A stretch of DNA of 64,000 nucleotides, taken from the IMG/VR virus record IMGVR_UViG_3300025000_001646, positions 1 through 64,000 of that record, one strand, 5' to 3'. The notes beneath the pieces were generated by a model. That model was given only the letters and a program-made list of their open reading frames with translations, was not told where the DNA came from and made no database searches. Below, piece by piece: positions 23,227 through 34,294 of this stretch (positions are counted from its first letter, which is position 1; each line of letters begins with the position of its first letter). The DNA comes from a virus. Position numbers and translations under genes: made by a program.

Positions 23227-24107
23227 CTTTCGTTGAAAATTTCGCTTATGAAAGAGATTGAAAAAGATGCCGACACTGTGGCACCAATGAGAATATAAAA
23301 ATTTATAAAATAGATGAAAAGAAAATAACTAGAACAGCAGGAGTAGACAATCTTATTACTCTTTGTAAAGATTGTTACAATAAAAAATTCTTTAATGAAG
23401 AAGAAAATGTTTGTTGAGTAATTTTAGCTGGTTGAAAAGGCACAAGGATGGCTCCAATAACTAATTTCTTAAATAAACACGAATTACCAGTAGGCAATAG
23501 ACCAATGGTTTTTCATCCTCTTTTCACTCTTAGAGAATTATGAATTAAAAATGTATTAGTTATTTTCGAGCGGTATAATACTGGAAGAATGATTGAGGCT
23601 CTAGGTAATGGAAGAGAATTTGGAATGGAAATAACTTATAGAATACAGCATTGAGCGGGTGGTATTGCAGACGCTCTTAGTCTAGCTAAAGATTTTGTTT
23701 GAAATAGAAATTTTTATGTTATTCTTGGAGACAATATTTTTGACAATAACGAGATTGGAAAATTTAAAAAATCTGTTAATCCAAAAGTATTCATTAAACA
23801 AGTAGCCAATCCAGATGAATATTGAATTGGGGAAATTATAGATTGAAAAATAAATAGGATTATAGAAAAGCCTAAACAATATATAGGTAATATGGCGGTA
23901 ACTGGACTTTACCATTATACTCCAGATGTATTCGACATTATTCAATGATTAAGACCTTCTTGAAGAGATGAGCTTGAAATAACAGACATAAACAATTACT
24001 ACTTAAAAGAATGAAAACTTGATTATGAAATTATAGAAAGTTATTGGGTTGACTCTTGATGCAATCTTTCATCATATATAGAAGCTAATAAAATTTTTAA
24101 TCTTTAA
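23214..24107 (+). CDS. rmlA: Glucose-1-phosphate thymidylyltransferase with an N-terminal degenerate HNH-like zinc domain; TGA=Gly
   Basis: ERD(TGA)KRCRHCG...DNLITLCKDC in frame with (TGA)VILAG(TGA)KGTRMAP...ILGDNIF...EKP...RDELEITD. Confidence 0.85.
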
Positions 24108-24112
24108 AAAAT

Positions 24113-25081
24113 ATGAAAATATTAATTACTGGCGGGGCTTGATTTATAGGATCTAGTCTAGCACAAAAACTTTTAACAAGAGAATGAATAGAAGAGATTG
24201 TTATAATTGACAATTTGAGTACTGGGAATAAAAACAATATTCCTAAAGATGAAAAAATTAAGTTTATTGAATGAGATGCTGGAGACACTGAATTAATTAA
24301 AGACTATGATTTTGACGAGATTTATCACTTAGCTAGTGCCGCTTCTCCAAAGAAATACCAGATTTATGCAATTGAGACTATGATTGTAAACGCAGAAGCT
24401 ACCAGAAAACTTCTTGATTATTGCGTAAGACAATTAAAAGAAAAGAAAAGAAAAGTCAAATTTCTATTCGCTTCTACTAGTGAAATTTATTGAGAACCAA
24501 TTAGTCATCCTCAATCTGAAACAGATCTTTCAAGAATAAATATTAATTGACCTAGAGCTTGTTACGATGTTTCAAAAGCTTATGGAGATGTTTTGACAAG
24601 ATTATATGCAGAAGAAAAAAAGATTGACACCAAAATAGTGCGAATTTTTAACACTTATTGACCTGCTTTAGATAAAAAAGATGGAAGAATAATTTGCAAT
24701 TTTATTGAACAGGCTAAGAAAAAAGAACCATTTACAATTTATGGAGCTTGAAACCAAACAAGATCTTTCTCTTATGTAGATGACACTGTTGATGGAATAT
24801 TGACTGTAATGGAAAAAGGTAAATCTGGGGAAGTATATAATGTTGGTAATCCATTTCAAGAATTTACAGTAGAATCAGTTGCCAGAATAATTTGTAAAAT
24901 ATTCCGAAATGAATATAGTGTTATTCGAAGAGATTTACCACAAGATGATCCTAGCAAACGAAAACCATCTATAAATAAAATACAATCTTTAGACTGGAAT
25001 CCTAAAGTAAATATATATACAGGAATAAAAAAAATGATTGGAGAAGAACTCCTTTCCGAAATAGAATCATTTACAAAATAA
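24113..25081 (+). CDS. UDP-glucuronate decarboxylase (UDP-xylose synthase)-like; TGA=Gly
   Basis: TGGA(TGA)FIGS, HLASAASPKKY, FASTSEIY(TGA), (TGA)PRACYD, RIFNTY(TGA)P, QTRSFSYVDD, PQDDPSKRKP. Confidence 0.9.
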
Positions 25082-25093
25082 TCTTAAAAAAAA

Positions 25094-25420
25094 ATGAAAT
25101 TCAAAATTACTGACAAGAATTGAAAAATAGTAAATTCAGCAAAATTTACAATTGAAGATTGAGAAATTAAAAAACTTATTGTAGATAAAGAACCAGATGA
25201 AATTGATTTTTCTAAAAATAAATTAGATCTTTACAAAGAGTTAGATGCAGATCAATTTAATATTGAAATGTTTGATGAAAAACCAAATGAAGAAAAAGTT
25301 GAAGAGAAAAAAGAAGAGCAAAAAATTGAAGAAAATAAAGAGGAAAAAGTTGAAGAAAAACCAGAAGAAAAAAAAGAGGAAGTAAAAGAAGAGCCTAAAG
25401 AAGAGCTAAAAAGTGAATAA
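25094..25420 (+). CDS. Hypothetical protein with acidic E/K-rich tail; TGA=Gly
   Basis: Open frame with two TGA; low-complexity C-terminus. Confidence 0.6.
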
Positions 25421-26156
25421 TTACTTATTAGGAAAAGATTGATTTATTGGAAGTAAATTAGCAGAGAGGCTTGAAAATCTCTCTGTTTTTGAATGAGATT
25501 TTTTGAAAGACCAATTTGATTTAAAAGGAATAGACTATGTCTTTCACTATATTTCTACAACAGTACCTTTTTGATCATTCGCAGAAAAAGACATATATGA
25601 AAATTTGCTTAATACTATTAGACTTCTCAATGCTTGTGTATTGAATAAAGTAAAGAAAATTATTTTTCCGTCTAGTGGTTGAAGCCTATGCGAAGAGCCA
25701 AAAAGCTCCCACGCTATAATCAAACGAACTATTGAGGATTTTCTTAAGTATTACCAAAGACAATATTGACTTGATTATTTAATTCTAAGGTATACGAATG
25801 TTTATGGTTACAATGAAAGACAAAATATTTGATTAATTAATAATATGATTAGATGTGCTTTGCATTGAGACATTTTTTTACAATATTGAGACTTAAAAAA
25901 GAATTATATTTATATCGATGACGCTATTGACGAAACAATTAAAAATTTAGACAGAAAAAATGAAACTATTTTAATTGGTGGACAGACTTACAGAGCAAGC
26001 GAAATTGAAAAAATAATCAATAAAAATTATTGAAATATTAGAATAGAACATTTAGAACCGTCAAAATTTGATGTAGAATATTTTTGACCAGAATTTATTA
26101 CTAATACTACTATAGAAAATGGAATTAAAAAAATTGCGAATAGGTATATTGGCTAA
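25413..26156 (+). CDS. NAD-dependent epimerase/dehydratase; TGA=Gly
   Basis: GTG start; LLGKD(TGA)FIGS, FPSSG(TGA)S, ILRYTNVYG. Confidence 0.8.
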
Positions 26157-27132
26157 TTGTATTGAAGTTCCACCTCTTTCTTATGGATGAATTGAAAGGG
26201 TTATTTTTCATACAGTTGAAACATTAAATTGACTTGGTTATGATGTTGTTTTGTTTGCTCCAAAATGAAGTAAAGTAAGTTGTAAACTGGTAGAAGTTAG
26301 TTGATGGAATGATGAGACAGATGTTTTTTACGAGGCTTTTAAGAAAGAAAATGAAATAAAACCTTTTGATATTTTGCACGACTTTAACGCTTCGGGCTAC
26401 AAGAACCCAGAAAGATTTAAACATAATTATTGTTGCACAATTATTTCTTCTGGCTATTGAACAGGAGTAGTCAATGAGCCAAACCCTATTTTTCAAAGTC
26501 AAGCACAATTAAATTGAGCAAGAGAATTTATAAAAGACCTAGATGCTCCAGTAGTTTATAATTGATTAGACAACGAAAAAATAGTATATAACGAAAACAA
26601 AGATGATTATTTTTTATATTTAGGAAGGTACGATTGGCAAAAAGTCCCACATATAGCAATTGAGGCAGTTAAAAAGGCTTGAGTGCCTTTGGTAATGTGC
26701 TGATACAATGCAGATGACAAATACTATAAAGAAAAAGTTGAGCCGTTTTTTGACTGAAAACAAATAATTAATCTGGGAGCAGTTAGTGAAGATATACAGT
26801 CAAGATTATTAAGTGAAGCCAAAGCACTTTTATTTCCTTCCAATTGGAGAGAATGTTTGGCAATAGTTTTATTACAAGCTCTAGCAAGTTGAACTCCTAT
26901 AATAGCAGAAACTTTTGACTGAAAAAATTGTATTCCAGAAGTAATTGAAAATTGAAAAGAAGGTTTTATTGTTAAGTGAAGCTATGAAATGGCAGAGGCT
27001 ATTAATAATATAGACAAAATTAAACACATGGATTGTCGTGTTAAGGCAGACAGTCTTTTTACTAGACAAAAAATGGTTGAAGGTTACTTAAAAATCTATT
27101 ATATATTATTGGAAAACAAAAAAACCTCTTAA
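26119..27132 (+). CDS. Glycosyltransferase family 4; TGA=Gly
   Basis: VPPLSYG(TGA)IERV, VVYN(TGA)LD, YLGR, ECLAIVLLQALAS(TGA)TPII. Confidence 0.9.
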
Positions 27133-27222
27133 TTAAAAGAGGCTTATTTGCTAATCTAATCTATAAAACCAATCAAACATTAACACCAAAATAATTATAG
27201 CAATTATAAATTTAAAAATCAA

Positions 27223-28011
27223 ATGAAAATTTCAATTTGTATGGCGGTTTTCAATCGGGCTGAACTTTTGAAAAATGCTATCAAATCTCTTTCTATACAA
27301 ACAAGAATACCAGATGAAATAGTAATAGTAGATGATTGAAGTGACGCTAAAAATGATTTAAAACTTGTTTTAGATAATTTTCCTTGATTAAATATAAAAC
27401 TACTAAGAAGAGAATCAAAACTATGGAATAACCCTCCTATACCTCTAAATTGAAGTGTCAAGAATGCTACTTGAGATTTAATAATCTTTTCTTTCCCAGA
27501 CATAATTCATTACAATTTCGATAATATAGAAAGATTGGAAAAAATGTTTGAAGAAAATAGTAATCAATGTATTGTAGGAGCTAAGATTTATTGGCAAGGC
27601 AAAGATGTTCTTTTACCAGAGAATATAGTAGAAAATCCTAAACTTATTGACGATTTTAATGTAAAGACTTGGTATAACTGATTTGTTTCAAAAGATGATG
27701 AGGTTGTAATTACAGAAGACTTGCAAACCAGCAATATAATGGCAGTTACTAGAGAAAATTTTATTAAGTTATGAGGTTTTGATGAAGAACTTTCACAAAG
27801 TTATTGACACGAAGACAGCGAATTTCTTAATCGTTGCCATAACAACGAAATAAAAGTAAGTAGAGACAATTCTATAATATGAATACACCAGTGGCACAAA
27901 AGACCACCAGTTTATGCTGTGGCTAATTTAGAGAGTAAAAGAGATTATTTAAATGCTAGAAGAAAAATATTAACCGCTAATGATTGAAAAGATTGGGGTA
28001 ATCTTATTTAA
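27223..28011 (+). CDS. Glycosyltransferase family 2; TGA=Gly
   Basis: ISICMAVFNR...IVDD(TGA)SD...L(TGA)GFDE...Y(TGA)HEDSE. Confidence 0.88.
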
Positions 28012-28357
28012 GCATATTTTCGATTAGATTTATAGCTTCCTCTGCTCCATAACATATTTCAGCTTGAACATTTTCAATCGTATTTAGATTATTAATCCAT
28101 TCTTTTTGAGCCTTTCTAACAACGCTAAGGCTTTTTTTCTGTCTTTTCATCTCTATAAATATTAGTGCAGGCTCTTTTTTAGGTAAAATAATCATTAAAT
28201 CTGGAAGACCAGCATTCAATCCCATTGCCTTATTCTTTCTTTTTTGATTCCAAGAAGTAGTGAAAGTTGAATTAGGTATTGCCGTAAATTTAATATTCTT
28301 CATATTGAGCCAGTTAGCAAGCATTATTTGCTCTTCTTCCTCTAGTGGTATATTCAT
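28004..28357 (-). CDS. VRR-NUC domain nuclease
   Basis: EEEEQ...AIPN...GLNAGLPDL...FIEMKR...QKEW. Confidence 0.85.
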   Translation of the reverse strand: MNIPLEEEEQIMLANWLNMKNIKFTAIPNSTFTTSWNQKRKNKAMGLNAGLPDLMIILPKKEPALIFIEMKRQKKSLSVVRKAQKEWINNLNTIENVQAEICYGAEEAINLIENMLK

Positions 28358-28479
28358 AATAAATAAAGGTTATTTCTCTAATTATAGCAGTATTTTAATG
28401 AAAATAAAGTATATTATAAAATATTTTGTAAAAAAGTAAATAAAAAGTGTAAAAAAAAGTGATTTTCTTTAAAAAAAAC

Positions 28480-28508
28480 TTGATTTTGTTAAAAAAAAGG
28501 ATTATAAT
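28480..28508 (+). promoter_or_regulatory. Strong early promoter P1
   Basis: A-tract, TTGATT-17 bp-TATAAT. Confidence 0.8.
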
Positions 28509-28607
28509 GGTTATGTTATTAAATAAAAAGTTCATTAAAATAACGATTTATGCAGGAAATAATCCTAAAGATTATGACTTGCACCTATTATTTAAACTTA
28601 TTTTATT

Positions 28608-30030
28608 ATGAAAAAAATCAATCTAGCAACTTTTAAATCATTTTTAAAGAAAAATGAAGGAAATGTATTCTTCAAACAAGAAACAGATGTAATTAGTGAC
28701 GAAGGAAGTTTTCAGATTGATGGAAAAGAAACAGAAACAAGTTTAGAAAAAGTTTATGATCAAAACATTTTAACTTATTCTGGAAATTATTTTTCAGAAA
28801 TAGAAAATGGATTTAATGTTTACAACTGTTGTGGATCTTGGAATTTTTACACTAAATAACCTTATATTTTTATGGAAAATTTTTTTGAAAATCTTAAAAA
28901 TTGGAATAATTTAACAAAAGATGAAAAAAGACAAATTTCAGATCAAACAAGAAAACTTTTCAATATGAATATTGATATCTATGATGAATGTTTTGAGATT
29001 TATGTTTTTACTGAAAGTTTGAAAACGAAAACCGTAAAAACAAAAATAAAACCCGAGGAAATAACAATGGAAAAAATTTTGAAAGCTAGTGAAAAAGTAG
29101 AAAAGCTTTTAAATGTAGACACAAAGGACTTTATAAACATTGCTAAAATAATTAGAAAAGAAGTTAATCTCGGAACTTATGTATCAAGCTATGGACTAGG
29201 TATTGATACTTTACTTTTAAAAGAAGAACATAAACAAAAAATAAGAGATTATTTGAATAAAAACAAAATAGAGTTTAGAGAGGAATACAGTCAAGCAAGC
29301 TTGGTTTACCGTTTTATATTCTCTAAAAACAAAGATAACATTATAAAAATTAAAAATATTATTTAACATTATTTATTTATGAATTTAAACAATCTTACAA
29401 GCATAAGTGTTCATTCAATCAAAATAAAAGATTTTTATAAAGGATTTATAGAAGTAACTCATAAACAAGGAAAAGAAATTATAAATCAAAAATATTATTC
29501 AAAAATAAAAAGGCTTAATAAAGAAGATGCCAAAAATGATGCCAAAACGGCTGTATTGGAAAGTTTTCACTTAGGATGTATTCCAGAATTTTAATATTTA
29601 ATCTTACTTATTTATGAAAACAATAAAGAATACTGATTATAGATTTTATGATACAGAAAATTATAAAGGAAATGGTTATGTGATTTTTAAAAAAGAATTT
29701 CTAAAACATTTTGATTTAGAATTTCAAGAAAAAGGAACAAAAATGAATTTAACTGAAGAGGCAATTAATTCAACAATAGAACAAAATATAAATATTGAAA
29801 ATTTTCAAACTATAGATGATTTTTTAAAAAAAGGAACTAAAATAATAATTGAAAAAGAAAGAGAATTAATTAAATTAAGAAAAAACTGGTATAATAGAAT
29901 TTTTATTGAAATATTAAGAAATAAAAAAATAATGTTTATTGAAAGTGAAAATAAATTATATATTTACTATTATAAAGACAATACAGAAGGAACTATTTTA
30001 GGAGGAGTAATAATGAAAATTAATCTTTAA
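28608..30030 (+). other. Four small early hypothetical genes (28608-28859, 28872-29366, 29379-29594, 29614-30030)
   Basis: Tightly packed TGA-free ORFs, most preceded by TAAC(C/A)TT...TTTATG leaders. Confidence 0.7.
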
Positions 30031-30036
30031 AAAAAT

Positions 30037-30414
30037 ATGCAAACATTTTTACCATATTCAGACTTTAAAAAATCAGCTAAAAGTCTTGATTATAGAAGGC
30101 TAGGCAAACAACGAGTGGAATGTTACCAAATATTAAGAGCAAATTTAGGAATTACAAGTGGTTGGATTAATCATCCAATCACTAAAATGTGGAAAGGATT
30201 TGAATATTGCTTATTACAATACACTCTTGCTATATGTGATGAATGGATTGGAAAAGGTTATAAAGACACAATCAAGCAAAAGGTTTTAGATTTAGGAATA
30301 AAAAAATCAAATAAAAAACCTAGATTTCTAGGTAATAAATACTTCTACGAAAACTACCAGAAAATCCTTTTAGAGAAAAATTACAATTACTATTCTAATA
30401 TTTTTAAAATATGA
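30037..30414 (+). CDS. Pyrimidine-dimer DNA glycosylase family (MSMEG_6728-like)
   Basis: MQTFLPY...LDYRRLGKQRVECYQI...HPITKMWKG; ends in TGA with ATGA overlap. Confidence 0.85.
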   Translation: MQTFLPYSDFKKSAKSLDYRRLGKQRVECYQILRANLGITSGWINHPITKMWKGFEYCLLQYTLAICDEWIGKGYKDTIKQKVLDLGIKKSNKKPRFLGNKYFYENYQKILLEKNYNYYSNIFKI

Positions 30415-31961
30415 TTAATAAAAATTTTTACCCTACTCCAGAAAAATTGATTTACAAAATGGTTTTTCTGGAAAATATTAAGACAATTCTCGAGCCTAGT
30501 GCTGGTAAGGGAGATATTGTTGATTTTATAAAAAAAAGAAACGAAAAACTAGACATTGATTGTATAGAGAACGATGAGATGTTACAAAACATTCTGAAAG
30601 GCAAAAAGCATAAACTAATTCACGATGATTTTTTGACTTTTGAAACTAATAAAAAATATGAATTGATCATTGCTAATCCTCCTTTCGATGAAGGAGATAA
30701 ACATTTAAAAAAGATGATTGAATTGCAAGAAAGAACAGGAGGAAAAATAGTTTGTCTTCTTAATGCAGAGACTTTAAAAAATGATTATAGTAATTTAAGA
30801 AAAGAATTAAAACAAAAACTAGAAAAATATAATGCAGAAATAGAATATTTGCAAGGCGAATTTGAAGAGGCTGAAAGAAAGACAAGTGTAGAAGTTGCAT
30901 TAATTAAAGTTGAAATTCCAGAAAAAAATGTGGATAGCTTAATTTTAGAAAATTTAAAAAAGGAGGTAATTAATGAAGACATTTTTGAAAATACAGAAAT
31001 TGTAGAAAATAATTTTTTAAATCAAATAATTAGCAGATACAAGTTTGAGGAAAAAGCTGGTTTACAATTAATTAAAGAATGGAAAAAACTTGAGCCTTTT
31101 ATTAAAGATAAGATTAATCCAAAAAAAGAGGATTATTGTAAATCAATAATCAATTTAGAAATAGAAGGAGCGAGTAAATATTCTGATAACTGGAATAATT
31201 CATATATTGAACAATTAAGATTAAAATATTGGAAGACTTTATTTGAAAATAACGAATTTATTAGAAATTTTACATCTAATATTAGAAGTGATTTATTTGC
31301 TAAAATAGAGTCTTTGAAAGATTATGAATTTTCTTTATTTAATATTGAGCAAATAAAAAATGATATTAATAAAAATTTAGAAGTTGGAATTGAAAAAACT
31401 ATTTTGGATTTATTTGAAAAATGTACTCAAGAATATTCTTATTATCCAGAATGTAAAAAGAATATCCACTATTATAACGGTTGGTGTACTAACAAGGCAC
31501 ATAAAATAAATAAAAAAATAATATTGCCTATTAATGGATTCTCTAGGTATTATGATGACGGAAGACTGGAAACATACAGACTTTCTCCAGAATTATTTGA
31601 TATGGAAAAAGTCTTTAATTATTTAGATGCATCAAAAACAACATCAAATATAAGTTTTTTGTTGGAAAGAGCTAATCAAGAAAAAAACTATAAAATAGAA
31701 TTGAAATATTTCAATTTAACATTTTATAAAAAAGGAACTTGTCATATAGAATTTACTAATCTTGATTTACTAGAAAAATTTAATATTTTTGGTTCTCAAA
31801 GAAAAAAATGGCTACCACCAAATTATGGAAAAACAAAATACGAAGATATGAATAAACAAGATCAAGACACGATTAATGAATTTCAAGGAAAAGAGAAATA
31901 CAATGAGGTTATTAACAATAAAGACAAATTCATAATAGAAAATAATAGGCTATTTTTATAA
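30411..31961 (+). CDS. DNA adenine methyltransferase with DUF4942-like C-terminus
   Basis: FYPTP, ILEPSAGKG, IANPPF, YKKGTCHIEF. Confidence 0.85.
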   Translation: MINKNFYPTPEKLIYKMVFLENIKTILEPSAGKGDIVDFIKKRNEKLDIDCIENDEMLQNILKGKKHKLIHDDFLTFETNKKYELIIANPPFDEGDKHLKKMIELQERTGGKIVCLLNAETLKNDYSNLRKELKQKLEKYNAEIEYLQGEFEEAERKTSVEVALIKVEIPEKNVDSLILENLKKEVINEDIFENTEIVENNFLNQIISRYKFEEKAGLQLIKEWKKLEPFIKDKINPKKEDYCKSIINLEIEGASKYSDNWNNSYIEQLRLKYWKTLFENNEFIRNFTSNIRSDLFAKIESLKDYEFSLFNIEQIKNDINKNLEVGIEKTILDLFEKCTQEYSYYPECKKNIHYYNGWCTNKAHKINKKIILPINGFSRYYDDGRLETYRLSPELFDMEKVFNYLDASKTTSNISFLLERANQEKNYKIELKYFNLTFYKKGTCHIEFTNLDLLEKFNIFGSQRKKWLPPNYGKTKYEDMNKQDQDTINEFQGKEKYNEVINNKDKFIIENNRLFL

Positions 31962-32032
31962 TAATATTATAAAATAAAAGTATAAAAAAACAAGACTTTT
32001 TATAAAAAAAGAAAAGAAAATGCAAAAAAAAC

Positions 32033-32061
32033 TTGATTTTTATAAAAAAAAAGAGTATAAT
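32033..32061 (+). promoter_or_regulatory. Strong early promoter P2
   Basis: TTGATT-17 bp-TATAAT, near-identical to P1/P4/P6. Confidence 0.8.
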
Positions 32062-32235
32062 TAATTCAGAAAACGATTAGGAAATTAAAAAACCTGTAAA
32101 AAATCGTTTCACAAACAAAAGATTCTCTCCTACCGATTAATCTTTAGGAAGGTTTCTACCAACTAGCTCTTTAAAATAACGATTAAATATGAAATATTGA
32201 GCCTAAAGCTAAAAATATTTAACCTTTACTTTTAT

Positions 32236-33219
32236 ATGAATGCAACAACAAAAAAATTTTTATGGTTTTATTTAGGAATCATAAATAACGGATCAAAAAA
32301 ATTGATAGTTTCTATTAGATTGAGAAAAATTAATGCTCTAAGAGATGCTTTGGATAAGATAGATGACTTGAAAAATGTATCTATTATTTAACCTTACTTT
32401 TATATGACAAAAGATCAAGCAAAAGAAACAATAGATCAACTTGGAGGACAATCAAGGCTGAATGCTATGATTGGAACAAAAAATTTTTGTTATGGAAATG
32501 ATGGAGTAGGATTTATGTTTAAAGGAAGCAAAATAGCTAATTGTTGCAAAATTAATATTAATTCAATGGATTTATATGACATAAAATTTCTAAAAATGGG
32601 AAAAAATTTGAAAAAAATCAAAGAAATAAAAGATGTCTATAGCAATCAATTAATCAATATTTTCCAACAAGAAACTGGTCTAGCACTTCATTTATAATCT
32701 AACATTACTTATTTTATGGAAATCAAACAAAATTTAAAAGAATATTTAATAAAACTTAGAGAAGAAAGAAACAAAATAATGGACAGAAACAAATTCAATA
32801 CTTATTCAAGATGGACTCAAGACGACAGAGAACAATTTAAAACATTTAAAAATGGAATAGAAGTTTTAAAAGAAATTATTTAAACTTATTATTTTATGTC
32901 AATGATTAAAAATTTTCAATCACACGAAGAGGAAATGATTGAAAGATTAGAGGAAGACACTTATGAGCAAGACAGTTTAGATAAAGATCAACAACGAGAA
33001 GATGACATTAACGCTTATTTTGAAAATACATTAGACGAACACTGGGAATAATTTAATTCTTAACTTACTTATTTTATGAAAAAAATTACCAAAAAAATGA
33101 AAATAATTGCATTAAAAAAGATTTATGGTTATGACAATGTAACAGCACAAAAGGCACTTACAAGATTAACTATAAGAGATGAAAAAGAGATTAAAGACTT
33201 TTATAAAACTAAAGAATAA
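32236..33219 (+). other. Cluster of small early hypothetical genes (including 32404-32697)
   Basis: Short TGA-free ORFs with a shared leader motif. Confidence 0.6.
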
Positions 33220-33246
33220 TTTTTGAGTTTAGTAAACTGAAAAGAT

Positions 33247-33365
33247 TTTACTTTTTTAAAAAAAAGGAATATAATAAGTAGTGGAATAAGTTTACCTCAG
33301 TTATTGATAATATCGATATAATACTGCCCGAGAACTTATTCCAAAACTGAGCTCGGGCAGTTTTG
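33247..33365 (+). promoter_or_regulatory. Promoter P3 plus structured attenuator-like leader of the replication operon
   Basis: TTTACT-17 bp-TATAAT; hairpin ACTGCCCGAG/CTCGGGCAGT+TTT whose loop is complementary to the transcript 5' end. Confidence 0.65.
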
Positions 33366-33389
33366 TATTGTAACTTTAATTTTATTATT

Positions 33390-34277
33390 ATGAGACAAAT
33401 AAGAAAACAGCCATTTTGTTGGCAGGAAAAAAAAATAAATAGATTAATAAGAGAAAAATTTAAAGAAAGAGATAGAGTAAAAATGCTATTACTTTATTCT
33501 ACAATTACAGAAATTGATAGTGATTTTAATGGAAAAGACATAAAATATTATACTAAAACTATTTCTACATATAGCGGATTAAATAAAGGATTTATTCCTA
33601 CTGGTCTAAAATACTTAGAAGAAATGAATATAATAAAAATTATAGAAGATAGAAATAATGGTAAATTTAAAGGAAAAAGATTAATTTTTACTCCAGAAAA
33701 AATAAAAGAAACGAACGAAAACACCATTACTGATTTTGATGCTAACGGTGAAAACATTAATGGAAAAGAATACACATCAGAAGATAGTCTTATAAAAGAA
33801 GATAGTCTTATAGAAGAAAATAATAATAATATTAATAATAAAAATTTTCAAAAAAAAGAAATTATCGATTTTACCAAACAGGAAAATCAAGAACAAAAAG
33901 AAATTCCTAAAGAATATCAAGAAGCTCATAATCTTATTGAGTCTTATAAAATCGAAGACTGTCTTAATTATGAATTAGTTACTAAAAAAGGATTTAGTTC
34001 TATGGAATTAATGGGTTATGTAGAAAGAATGTGTCTTTGGTTGACTGAAAGCGATAAAGCAAAAAGAAGACCTAAAAGAATAACAAGTTTATTATTGAAT
34101 ACTTTTAGCAAAGACCGTGTTGACTGGAGTTTATTAACACTAGAAGAGAAATATTTAAAGAGTGGAAACTTATTGAGAAAAGAACTTAGGAAAACACATA
34201 CATCAAGCGAAACTTGTGATATTCTCGACCAACTTTGGAGAAAAACTGACGTACACCCAGATGATGGTTCAAGATAA
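33390..34277 (+). CDS. Putative replication initiator
   Basis: N-terminal wHTH-like segment and low-complexity linker with an 18-bp direct repeat; directly upstream of the helicase; ATG at 33390. Confidence 0.6.
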   Translation: MRQIRKQPFCWQEKKINRLIREKFKERDRVKMLLLYSTITEIDSDFNGKDIKYYTKTISTYSGLNKGFIPTGLKYLEEMNIIKIIEDRNNGKFKGKRLIFTPEKIKETNENTITDFDANGENINGKEYTSEDSLIKEDSLIEENNNNINNKNFQKKEIIDFTKQENQEQKEIPKEYQEAHNLIESYKIEDCLNYELVTKKGFSSMELMGYVERMCLWLTESDKAKRRPKRITSLLLNTFSKDRVDWSLLTLEEKYLKSGNLLRKELRKTHTSSETCDILDQLWRKTDVHPDDGSR

Positions 34278-34294
34278 TTTAACCTTTTATTCTT

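Noticed and set aside
1-28011. Mass pseudogenisation or sequencing errors as the cause of fragmented ORFs
   Set aside because: The interruptions are only TGA, in frame and at conserved Gly positions; catalytic motifs are intact.
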